From Gemmatimonadota bacterium (lineage in GTDB: Bacteria; Gemmatimonadota; Gemmatimonadetes; Gemmatimonadales; GWC2-71-9): 18,709 bases of DNA. Shown here piece by piece: positions 9,622 through 17,584 of the stretch. Both the position numbers and the translations under genes were made by a program. The notes beneath the pieces are model-generated. The model had not been told where the DNA came from. It searched no databases and worked only from the letters and a program-made list of their open reading frames with translations. Every line of letters starts with the position of its first letter. The first letter of the stretch is position 1. The stretch lies in contig QHTZ01000020.1 in the NCBI GenBank assembly GCA_003221005.1, positions 1 to 18,709 of the forward strand. Reading direction: 5' to 3'.

Positions 9622-10391
9622 GGGCGCACCGGATAGCCGCGGCCTGCGAGGTACGCACGCGCCTCGGGGATCGTGGTGCCGCGGTAATGGAAGAGCGTCG
9701 CCGCCAGCACGCCGTGAGCCCCGGCGTCGAGCGCCTGGGCGAGATGCTCCAGCCTCCCGGCCCCTCCTGACGCGATCACGGGGATCCGGACCGCGGCCGC
9801 CACGGCTCGCGTGAGCGGAAGGTCGTAGCCGTCCTGAGTCCCGTCGGTATCCATCGAGGTCAGCAAGATCTCTCCGGCGCCCAGGTCCTCAACCCGCTTC
9901 GCCCACTCCACGGTGTCGACACCAGTCGGCTCCCGCCCACCGCGCACGATCACTTCCCACCCGTCCCCCGTCCCGCTTCCCCCTTCCCCCTTTTTTCTCG
10001 CATCAATCGCCGCGACGACGCACTGCCGTCCGAACTCGTCCGCCAGCCGCTTGGCGAGTGGCGGATCGCGCACCAGCGCGGTGTTCACCCCCACTTTATC
10101 GGCACCGGCGCGCAGCACCGCACGCGCATCCTCCACGCTCCGCACCCCGCCGCCCACGGTAAACGGAATGAACAGCCGGTCGGCCACCCGGCTCACGAGG
10201 TCGAGCAGCGTGCCCCGTGCTTCGTGGCTCGCGCTGATATCCAGCAGCACGAGCTCGTCCGCGCCGTCGGCGTCGTACCGCGTCGCCTGCTCCACCGGAT
10301 CGCCGGCGTCGCGCAGCGCCTCGAAATGCACCCCCTTCACCACCCGCCCCCCAGCCACGTCGAGGCAAGGGATCAGCCGTCGCGCTAGCAT
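9618..10391 (-). CDS. hisF: Imidazole glycerol phosphate synthase cyclase subunit
   Basis: [55 protein letters not shown] and PVIASGGAG. Confidence 0.97.
   Translation of the reverse strand: MLARRLIPCLDVAGGRVVKGVHFEALRDAGDPVEQATRYDADGADELVLLDISASHEARGTLLDLVSRVADRLFIPFTVGGGVRSVEDARAVLRAGADKVGVNTALVRDPPLAKRLADEFGRQCVVAAIDARKKGEGGSGTGDGWEVIVRGGREPTGVDTVEWAKRVEDLGAGEILLTSMDTDGTQDGYDLPLTRAVAAAVRIPVIASGGAGRLEHLAQALDAGAHGVLAATLFHYRGTTIPEARAYLAGRGYPVRP
9956..9990. repeat. Single arm of the heptamer repeat family inside hisF
   Basis: ccgtccc/ccgtccc/gcttccc/ccttccc at 9961-9988. Positions 9956-9974 are identical over 19 nt to 5021-5039 in engB. It encodes [10 protein letters not shown]. Confidence 0.75.
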
Positions 10392-10858
10392 ACCCGCAGA
10401 ACGTCATCAAGCAAGCCCCCACCCCCCTTGCCAAACAGCGAAACGATGTCCTCGACGGCGCGCCGCTCCCGGGGCCACGAGAACCGCGCTGCCGCCTCTG
10501 CCGGCGCGAGCCACGCGGCCGCGTCATGCTCGCTCGAGAGCCGCGGCTCCGCGTGCGGCCCGACGAAGGCGGCGAACACAGGGATCAACGCGACTTCGTC
10601 CGAGCCGTGCTGGTAAAAGGCTTCGAGCCGGCTCACGTTGTAGAGGCGGAGGGGGGTGAAACCGGTTTCTTCGCGCAGCTCGCGCAGCGACGCTTGCACC
10701 GGAGTCTCGCCGGGCTCGATGGTGCCGTGCACCGTCTCCCACGAGCCCGGGCACCTCCCGCCGCGGCCGCGGCGCAGCACCAGCACGTCCAGTCCCACAC
10801 CCGCTCCCGCGTCCCGCAGCACGTACGTGTCCACGAACGCGACGCGGACGCTGGTCAC
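10385..10858 (-). CDS. Nudix hydrolase (NudB/dATP pyrophosphohydrolase-like), 157 aa
   Basis: Nudix box [22 protein letters not shown] preceded by WETVH, and a downstream [10 protein letters not shown]. The GTG start at 10858 overlaps the hisH stop, and the stop overlaps the hisF start by 7 nt. Confidence 0.88.
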   Translation of the reverse strand: MTSVRVAFVDTYVLRDAGAGVGLDVLVLRRGRGGRCPGSWETVHGTIEPGETPVQASLRELREETGFTPLRLYNVSRLEAFYQHGSDEVALIPVFAAFVGPHAEPRLSSEHDAAAWLAPAEAAARFSWPRERRAVEDIVSLFGKGGGGLLDDVLRVC

Positions 10859-11481
10859 GGCGCCCAGCGGGCGAAGGCCTCGAGCAACGCGAGTCCCGCG
10901 GCCTGCGATTTCTCCGGATGAAATTGCACGCCGAGCACAGTGTCGCGCCCGACGATCGTAGCAAACGCTGTCCCGTACTCGGCCAGGGCGAGCGCCGCGT
11001 CCCCCGCGACGCCGTTCGGGTGAAAGCTGTGGACGTGGTAGAAGAACGCGTCGGTCCCCCCCCGCGAGAACGCTTCCGCCAGCACGGGTTGGGAGCGCCC
11101 TGACTGCGTGAGCCGGACACGCGCCCACCCCACGTGCGGGACCGGCAGCGAAGTCCGAAACCGCACCACGCGGCCGGCAAGCAGCCCGAGACCCGCGACG
11201 CCGGGGGCCTCCTCGCTCTGCTCGAGGAACAGCTGCAGCCCGAGACAAATGCCGAGCGTCGGCTTGCCGGCCCGCGCACCCTCCACCACGGCATGCGACA
11301 TCCCTGTCTCATCCAACGCCCGCATCGCGGCGGCGTAGTGCCCCACTCCCGGGACGACCACCCGCTCCGCCCGGCGCACGACGTCGGGATCGGCCGTGAG
11401 CGCCGCGTCGGCGCCGACCGCCCGGAAGGCCCGCAAGACGCTCTGCACGTTGGACACGCCCGAGTCCGCGACCGCGATCAC
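10855..11481 (-). CDS. hisH: Imidazole glycerol phosphate synthase glutamine amidotransferase subunit
   Basis: VVPGVG, nucleophile GICLGLQ, VPHVGW, FYHVHSF and GVQFHPEKS. GTGA overlap with hisB. Confidence 0.96.
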   Translation of the reverse strand: MIAVADSGVSNVQSVLRAFRAVGADAALTADPDVVRRAERVVVPGVGHYAAAMRALDETGMSHAVVEGARAGKPTLGICLGLQLFLEQSEEAPGVAGLGLLAGRVVRFRTSLPVPHVGWARVRLTQSGRSQPVLAEAFSRGGTDAFFYHVHSFHPNGVAGDAALALAEYGTAFATIVGRDTVLGVQFHPEKSQAAGLALLEAFARWAP

Positions 11482-12071
11482 GCGAGCGTCCCCTTGGTCG
11501 ACGGCACACCCGTCACGCGAGGATCGAGGCGCGTGGCGTCGCCCAGCGCACGGGCCGCCGCCTTGAAGACCGCCTCGACCGCGTGATGGGCGTTCTGGCC
11601 CCGGAGCAGGTCCAGGTGCAGCGTCAGGCCGCCATGCGTCGCCAGTGCGCGGAAAAACTCAGGTGTGAGCGCCACGTCATAGTCACCCAGCTTCTGCCAG
11701 GTGGGCGGCTCCGCGTGGAACGCGACGTAGGGACGCCCGCTCACGTCCACCACCACGCGCGCGAGCGCGTCGTCCAGCGGAACGGTGGCCTCGCCGTAGC
11801 GCCGGATGCCGCGGCGCTCCCCGAGCGCCTGGGCGAGCGCCTGCCCGAGGACGATTCCGACGTCCTCCACCGTGTGGTGCGCGTCCACGTGCAGATCTCC
11901 AGTGGCCGCGATCTCAAGGTCGTACGGCGCGTGCCGGGCCAGGGCCTCGAGCATGTGGTCGAAGAATCCGATGCCGGTTTTCACGTCCGCGCGCCCGGAC
12001 CCGTCGAGATCCACGCGCACCCGCACCTCGGTCTCCTTCGTTTTGCGGCGCGCCTCGCCCGCACGGCTCAT
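11478..12071 (-). CDS. hisB: Imidazoleglycerol-phosphate dehydratase (monofunctional)
   Basis: RKTKET, TGIGFFDHML, DAHHTVEDVGI and NAHHAVEAVFKA, ending PSTKG. The ATG at 12071 overlaps the hisC stop (ATGA). Confidence 0.97.
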   Translation of the reverse strand: MSRAGEARRKTKETEVRVRVDLDGSGRADVKTGIGFFDHMLEALARHAPYDLEIAATGDLHVDAHHTVEDVGIVLGQALAQALGERRGIRRYGEATVPLDDALARVVVDVSGRPYVAFHAEPPTWQKLGDYDVALTPEFFRALATHGGLTLHLDLLRGQNAHHAVEAVFKAAARALGDATRLDPRVTGVPSTKGTLA

Positions 12072-13192
12072 GGTCCGGCTCCCCCTCCCCCGCTCAGGAT
12101 GGCGCGCAGCGCCTCCACGACCGCGTCGACGTCGTCGGTCGTGCCCGCCGTGATACGCAGGCACCCCTCGAGCCCCGGCGCTCCCGAGACGTCGCGCACC
12201 AGGATCCCGTGCTCCTCCACCAAACGCCGGAACACTTCCGCGGCCGGCCGCGCCAGGCAGCGGATCAGCACGAAGTTGGCCGCCGAAGGAAACGCCCGCA
12301 GCCCGGCCACCTGCTGGAGCCGCGTATACAGGCGGCTGCGCGCCTCCCGGACTCTTGCAGTGGACTGCTCGAAGGTCTCCCGGGCGTCGAGCGCGGCGGC
12401 CGCCGCGGCGAGCGTCACGCGGTTGACGTTGTAGGGCAGCTTCGCCTTGGCGATCTCGCGCGCCACCGCCGGGTGCGCCAGCGCGTAGCCGAACCGCAGA
12501 CCGGCGAGCGACATCGCTTTGCTGAAAGTGCGCAGCACGACGAGGCGCGGGTGCTCCGCGAGCAGCGGGACCGCGGTGGGGCCGCCGAAATCCTGATACG
12601 CCTCATCCACCACGATCAACGCCCCCGTTTCCCCGAGCAGCCGCTCAACACCGCCTTCGGGCAACGGCGTTCCCGTGGGGTTGTTGGGCGAGTTCACCAC
12701 GACGACGCGGGCGGCCGTCGTCCCCGCCGCCCGGATCAGCGCCGCAACGTCGAACTCGAAGTCAGCCGTGAGCGGCACGCCCACGTGGCGGCCACCGTAC
12801 ACCTCGCTCAGCAGGCGGTACAGGGTGAACGTGGGAACCGGCGTCACCACGGCGCTCCCGTCGGCCACCGTGACCGCGAGCGTCGCCTGGATCAGCTCAT
12901 TCGAGCCGTTGCCGACGAGCACGCCGTCGGGCGTCCAGGCGTGCCGCTCGGCGAGGCGCGCGAGGAGCTCGGCGGGCGTGAAGGCGGGATAGCGGTTCCA
13001 GGCGGCGTCGCGCACGCGCGCCAGCACGGCGTCCTTGACCGCCACAGGGACGTCGAACGGACTCTCGTTCTGGTTGAGCTTGCGGCGCGCCTCGGGGGCC
13101 TGGAGGGTGTACGCAGCCTGCGCCCGCACCCGGGGCTTAATCAGGGCAAGGGCGGCGTCAGCCGTGGGCAGTGCGGCGGGCAACTGGCGCAT
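12068..13192 (-). CDS. hisC: Histidinol-phosphate aminotransferase
   Basis: LNQNESP, NRYP, GNGSNELI, SPNNPTG, VDEAY and the PLP lysine motif RTFSKAMSLAGLRFG. Located in a his gene cluster. Confidence 0.95.
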   Translation of the reverse strand: MRQLPAALPTADAALALIKPRVRAQAAYTLQAPEARRKLNQNESPFDVPVAVKDAVLARVRDAAWNRYPAFTPAELLARLAERHAWTPDGVLVGNGSNELIQATLAVTVADGSAVVTPVPTFTLYRLLSEVYGGRHVGVPLTADFEFDVAALIRAAGTTAARVVVVNSPNNPTGTPLPEGGVERLLGETGALIVVDEAYQDFGGPTAVPLLAEHPRLVVLRTFSKAMSLAGLRFGYALAHPAVAREIAKAKLPYNVNRVTLAAAAAALDARETFEQSTARVREARSRLYTRLQQVAGLRAFPSAANFVLIRCLARPAAEVFRRLVEEHGILVRDVSGAPGLEGCLRITAGTTDDVDAVVEALRAILSGGGGAGP

Positions 13193-13207
13193 GGGCCGAC
13201 CGAACGG

Positions 13208-15448
13208 TTAACGGCGGCGGCCGAGGACCGCTTCGAGGCGCGCGGACAGCGCGCGGGCGCGGAACGGCTTCGTCAGGAAATCGTCAGCCCCGAGCTCGAA
13301 GACCCGCACCTCGTTGTCCTCGTCCCCTTTTGCGGTCAGCACGATCACGGGGATCGCCGACGTCGCGGGCCGCGAGCGGAGGTGGGACAGGACGCCGTAG
13401 CCGTCGAGGCCCGGGAGGTTGAGGTCGAGCACGATGATGTCCGGGCCCACCCGATCTATCTGATCCAGAGCCTGGACGCCGTCGCGCGCCTCCGCGACCG
13501 CGTACCCATCACGCTCCAGCAGCTCCTTCATCACCTTGCGGAGGCTGTCCTCGTCGTCCACGAGCAGCACCTTGCGCGCGATCTCCCCGTGGGGTCCGGA
13601 GCGACGCGGCAGCGGTGGCTCTTCGAGCAGCTCGAAATGCTCCACGAGCGGCCCCGCCACTCCGATGCTCTCGGCCGGGGGAGCGAGGCGCGGGGGCGCG
13701 AATCCTCCCGAGCGTCGCGCCGCCTGGGCTACCACCGGTGGCGCGGGCGCGGCGGCGTCGTCCTGCGGGATGTCCACGACCCGCATCAGCTCGTCCACCG
13801 TGGACTCCCCCCGCAGCACGTGGCTCAACCCGCTCTCCCACAGCCCCCGCATCCCGGCCCGCCGCGCGGCCTCGGCGATGCGGTCGGCGGTTTCGCCCGC
13901 GGCCACGGTTCGCTCGACCTCCGGCGTCACCGTGAGGACCTCGAGGATCGAGAAGCGCCCACGGTAGCCGGTCATCGCGCAGTCGGGACACCCGGCGGCG
14001 CGGTACAGCGGCGTTCCCGTTGGCACCCACCGCCGCAGCCGCTCAGGGGGCGCTTCCATCCAGACTTCCTTGCACGTCGGGCACAGCCGGCGCATCAGAC
14101 GCTGCGCCACGACGCCGCGCAGCGCCGCCGCGATCTTGTACGCCTCCACGCCGATGTCCACCAGGCGCGTCACCGCGTTGGCGGCGTCGTTGGTGTGGAG
14201 GGTGGAAAGCACGAGGTGACCGGTGAGGGACGCCTGCACCGCGATCTGCGCCGTCTCGCGATCGCGGATCTCGCCCACCAGCACCACGTTGGGATCCTGC
14301 CGCAGGATCGAGCGCAGTGCTGCGGCGAAGGTGAGGCCTGCCTTTTCCTGCACCTGCACCTGCACGATCCCCTGCATCCGGTACTCCACCGGGTCTTCGA
14401 CCGTCACGATGTTGACGCCCTCGCTCTTGATCTGGTTGATGCACGAGTAGAGCGTGGTGGTCTTTCCCGACCCGGTCGGGCCCGTGACGAGGATGATCCC
14501 CTCGCGGAATTCCAGCAGCCGCTTGATCCCTTGGATCTCGTCGGGGTTCAGTCCCAGCCCGTCGAGCGACTTGACCGTGGCGCGGGAGTCGAGCACCCGG
14601 ACGACGACCTTTTCGCCCAGCGATGCCGGCAGCGTCGAGACGCGGAGGTCGATCGGCTGGCCGTTCACGGCCACGCGGGCGCGGCCATCCTGCGGCCGCA
14701 GCCGATCGGCGATGTCGAGGGAGGACATGATCTTGATGCGCGAGATCAGAGGGATGCCGGCGGCGCGGGGAATCTTCATCACCTGGCGCAGCACGCCATC
14801 GATGCGATACCGCACCGCGACCCCGCCTTCCTCGGGCTCGATGTGAATGTCGCTCGCGCGCGACAGGATCCCCTCGGAGATGATCAGGTCCACGAGGCGG
14901 ACCACCGGCCGCTGGCTCGCTTGCTCCGCCGAGACGGTCAGCTCCTCGGGCCGCTGGTCGGCGAGCTGCACGACGTCGGCACTGCTGCCCATCCCTTCGA
15001 GCAGCTTATCCAGCGCCTTGTCGGGACGGTACAGCTCGTCCAGCTTCTCGGCGATCCGCGCGGGATCGAGCAGCAGCATCCGGATCTCCCGCGCAGTAGC
15101 GAACGCGAGCGCCTTCTCGGCGTCCAGGTCGAACGGGTTCGCCGTGGCCACCTCGAGATAGGAATCGGTGACGACGAGGGGCAGCACCCGGAAGCGGCGC
15201 GCCAGCTGCTCGGGGACCTTGAGCTTCACCTCCGGCTTCATCTGGTGCACGTCGGCGATCTTAAGGCGAAAGCGGGTCGAGAGCGCCGCGAGGATCTGCT
15301 CGTTGCTCGCGATCTTTTCCGCGACCAGCGTCTCCCAGAGGGTGCGGTACGGCCCCCCCTTCGCGCGCAGCTCGGCCACGCGCTCGGCCGTGATCACACC
15401 TTCAAGCGAGTGCAGCAGCCATTCATCGGGAAACGGAGTGTCGCTCAT
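13208..15448 (-). CDS. GspE/PulE/PilB-family secretion/pilus assembly ATPase with C-terminal response-regulator receiver domain
   Basis: ASDIHIEP, RYRIDGVL, RLRPQDG, Walker A GPTGSGKTTT, Asp box TVEDPVE, LRQDP, Walker B LVGEIRD, His box STLHTND and tetracysteine CPTC...CPDC. The C-terminal REC reads VLLVDDE...IVLDLNLPGLDG...LTA...KPF. Confidence 0.93.
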   Translation of the reverse strand: MSDTPFPDEWLLHSLEGVITAERVAELRAKGGPYRTLWETLVAEKIASNEQILAALSTRFRLKIADVHQMKPEVKLKVPEQLARRFRVLPLVVTDSYLEVATANPFDLDAEKALAFATAREIRMLLLDPARIAEKLDELYRPDKALDKLLEGMGSSADVVQLADQRPEELTVSAEQASQRPVVRLVDLIISEGILSRASDIHIEPEEGGVAVRYRIDGVLRQVMKIPRAAGIPLISRIKIMSSLDIADRLRPQDGRARVAVNGQPIDLRVSTLPASLGEKVVVRVLDSRATVKSLDGLGLNPDEIQGIKRLLEFREGIILVTGPTGSGKTTTLYSCINQIKSEGVNIVTVEDPVEYRMQGIVQVQVQEKAGLTFAAALRSILRQDPNVVLVGEIRDRETAQIAVQASLTGHLVLSTLHTNDAANAVTRLVDIGVEAYKIAAALRGVVAQRLMRRLCPTCKEVWMEAPPERLRRWVPTGTPLYRAAGCPDCAMTGYRGRFSILEVLTVTPEVERTVAAGETADRIAEAARRAGMRGLWESGLSHVLRGESTVDELMRVVDIPQDDAAAPAPPVVAQAARRSGGFAPPRLAPPAESIGVAGPLVEHFELLEEPPLPRRSGPHGEIARKVLLVDDEDSLRKVMKELLERDGYAVAEARDGVQALDQIDRVGPDIIVLDLNLPGLDGYGVLSHLRSRPATSAIPVIVLTAKGDEDNEVRVFELGADDFLTKPFRARALSARLEAVLGRRR

Positions 15449-15512
15449 GGGTTTAACCCACCAAAGCTAGCCGGAGCGCCCGCTCCGTCCAGCCCGACGG
15501 GCGCGTTTCCCC

Positions 15513-17570
15513 TCACAGGATGTCCCAGAAATCCCGCGAGAGATCGAAGGCGAGGCGCAACTGGCGGGTTTCCGTGCCAATTCCCCCTTCGAGCCGGAAC
15601 ACCCCGAGCCACTCGACGGCGAGGCCGAGCGTGACCCGCGTGCTGGGCGTGGCGGTCCACGGCGTCCCGGCGATGGGCCGATCCGCCCAGCCGGCCGCCG
15701 CAAAGGGAGCGAGGATGATGGAGCCCGGCGTGCGTGCGTATCGGCCCACCGCGATCGACAGGAACGGCACCGGGGCGCGCCACTCGGCGTGCACCAGGGC
15801 CATGCGCCGTCCGCCCCAGCGCCGGAAATCGTCGCCCAGCAAGGTGCCGCGTCCTCCGAGCACGAAGGCACGGTACGCCGGCAGCCCGGCGCTCGCGGCC
15901 CCGCCTTGCGCGCGCACCAGCGCGCGCGTGCCGCCGAGGGGGAAGAGGACGTGCCCGACGCCCGCGACGCGGACGTACGTCGTGCCGCCGTCCAAGCGCC
16001 CGCCCTCGAGCACGAGCTCGCCGCGGAGATCGCGGCGCACCGCGAATCCTTCGCTGCGCCGGCGCAGCCCCAGCTCGACGCGATCGACGCCCGCCAGCGC
16101 CAGCGGTGGATTGGGCCGGAACGCTCCCGTCGCCGGCTGCGCACTCACGGCGAGCGAATCCACCGTCTCCCGCCCCACGCCCGCGCTCCATTCGCCGCGC
16201 GTCCCCAAGCCGTGGCGGTAGTCCACCCGGGCGCCGGTCGCGAGATAGTAGTCGCCGTAATCGTCCCCGAATTCCTGAGCCGTGAAGGAGTTGAGGATGG
16301 GCGCGATGACCGGCGCGTCACCCACGTCCCGCACCACGTGAAACACGTCCAGTTCGAGCACGCCGCGTCCGCTGCGCGCCACGCCGGCCACGCGCCCCGT
16401 GGCCCGCCGGTCTCCAAAGCCGTAGCCCCCGAGGACGCGCAGCTCGCGCCCCTCGCCCCCCGCCCTCCATACGACGCCCGCGCCCAGCGCCAGCCCCTGC
16501 ACGCGATTGGCGTGCACGAGGTCGCTGACGCGGCGCGCCCCGAGGCGCCGGGCCTTGAGCCCCGACAGCACGTGCTCGCCCGCGATCCGCTCCACCTCCG
16601 CGCGCACCGTCGCCAGGTCGCTTTGGCGCACGGGCTCGGCCACGTCCTGAATCGCGGCGGCGAGAGGCTCGCGCCACGGGAACGAATCCCGCTCCGTCTT
16701 CGGCACCGCGGTAATCTCGTCGCCAGCGAACCAGCTGGCCGCGAGCCCGAGGTTGAGCTGGTACCCGTCCACCTGCCAGCGGCCGCGGATGATGCCGCGG
16801 GCGGGGATGTCAAGCCACGTGGCGCGCCGGCGGATTTCGATCTCCTGGCGGTAGGGCAGCCAGAAGCGGTCCTCCCACAACGCGTTGTCGAGCACGATGC
16901 TCACGTCCTCGAGCTCGGGATCGAGGTAGGCCCGCGCGGTGAAGTTGAACGCCATGCGCACGAGATCGGCGGTTCCCGCGTCGAGATACAGCGTGCCCAC
17001 GATGCGTGGCTGGCTGAAATCCTTCGGGCGTACGCGCAGCGCCACCACGCGCACGACGCGCTGCGGCAGGGCGAGCGTGGTGGTGTCGCCGAGCGCGTAG
17101 TCGTACAGCGCGGGGCCACCGGGAGCGAGCGGATGCGGAACGTCCCGCACCTCGTCACCCTCGCCCAGGCGCATGGCCGCGCCGAAGTTGTTCTGGATGA
17201 TGCCGAGGTGGTCGCGGTGGTAGGCGATGTCGGTCGGCAGCTCTGCCCGGTCGCGCCATCCGACGATGCGTTGCTTGCTCAGTCCCGGCGCCTTCCAGTA
17301 CACTTCCAGCTCCAGCTGGTCGGCTTTGACGAGCCGCGGCGGCTCGGTCAGTCCTTCGCCGAACTGCCCGAGGAAAAACAGAAATCCGTGGGCCTGCGCC
17401 TTGTAGTCCCGGAGGGCGGTGTCGCCGGCGGCCAGGCTGCGGCGATCGATCGCGCGCCGCACCAGCGCCAGCCCCGAGTCACTGTTCCACGTCTGGGCGG
17501 CCGCGGACGGAGGAACGACGAGACCGACGGCGAGCGCGGCACACACGACGGGGAGCGGCAGGTGACGCAT
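15513..17570 (-). CDS. Exported protein, probable outer-membrane beta-barrel
   Basis: Signal peptide ending SAAA-Q. The C-terminal half has alternating amphipathic strands and an Omp85-like segment GGRGTLLG...GGRRMALVHAEWR, with an aromatic-rich C-terminus. Confidence 0.75.
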   Translation of the reverse strand: MRHLPLPVVCAALAVGLVVPPSAAAQTWNSDSGLALVRRAIDRRSLAAGDTALRDYKAQAHGFLFFLGQFGEGLTEPPRLVKADQLELEVYWKAPGLSKQRIVGWRDRAELPTDIAYHRDHLGIIQNNFGAAMRLGEGDEVRDVPHPLAPGGPALYDYALGDTTTLALPQRVVRVVALRVRPKDFSQPRIVGTLYLDAGTADLVRMAFNFTARAYLDPELEDVSIVLDNALWEDRFWLPYRQEIEIRRRATWLDIPARGIIRGRWQVDGYQLNLGLAASWFAGDEITAVPKTERDSFPWREPLAAAIQDVAEPVRQSDLATVRAEVERIAGEHVLSGLKARRLGARRVSDLVHANRVQGLALGAGVVWRAGGEGRELRVLGGYGFGDRRATGRVAGVARSGRGVLELDVFHVVRDVGDAPVIAPILNSFTAQEFGDDYGDYYLATGARVDYRHGLGTRGEWSAGVGRETVDSLAVSAQPATGAFRPNPPLALAGVDRVELGLRRRSEGFAVRRDLRGELVLEGGRLDGGTTYVRVAGVGHVLFPLGGTRALVRAQGGAASAGLPAYRAFVLGGRGTLLGDDFRRWGGRRMALVHAEWRAPVPFLSIAVGRYARTPGSIILAPFAAAGWADRPIAGTPWTATPSTRVTLGLAVEWLGVFRLEGGIGTETRQLRLAFDLSRDFWDIL

Positions 17571-17584
17571 CGTGGCGTAATCTA
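17571..17584. promoter_or_regulatory. 14-bp divergent intergenic region containing TAGATT (-) and overlapping TAATCT (+)
   Basis: The - strand reads TAGATT-acgccacg-ATG(17570). On the + strand, TAATCT at 17578-17583 is 1 nt before the trpE ATG. Confidence 0.5.

Noticed and set aside
10859-11248. N-terminal 130 aa of the 287-aa ORF 10385..11248
   Set aside because: It overlaps hisH in another frame. The Nudix domain starts at the GTG at 10858, coupled to the hisH stop.
12072-12164. Extended hisB start at 12164
   Set aside because: It overlaps the hisC C-terminus. ATG 12071 gives a normal HisB N-terminus and an ATGA junction.
15476-15504. GC-rich inverted repeat gcgcccg/cgggcgc after the beta-barrel gene
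   Set aside because: It is a 7-bp stem with a long loop and no adjacent U-tract, which is expected by chance at this GC content.
12209-15634. 1141-aa + strand ORF
   Set aside because: It is the antisense shadow of hisC and the ATPase. High-GC codon bias suppresses stops on the opposite strand, and it has no recognisable motifs.
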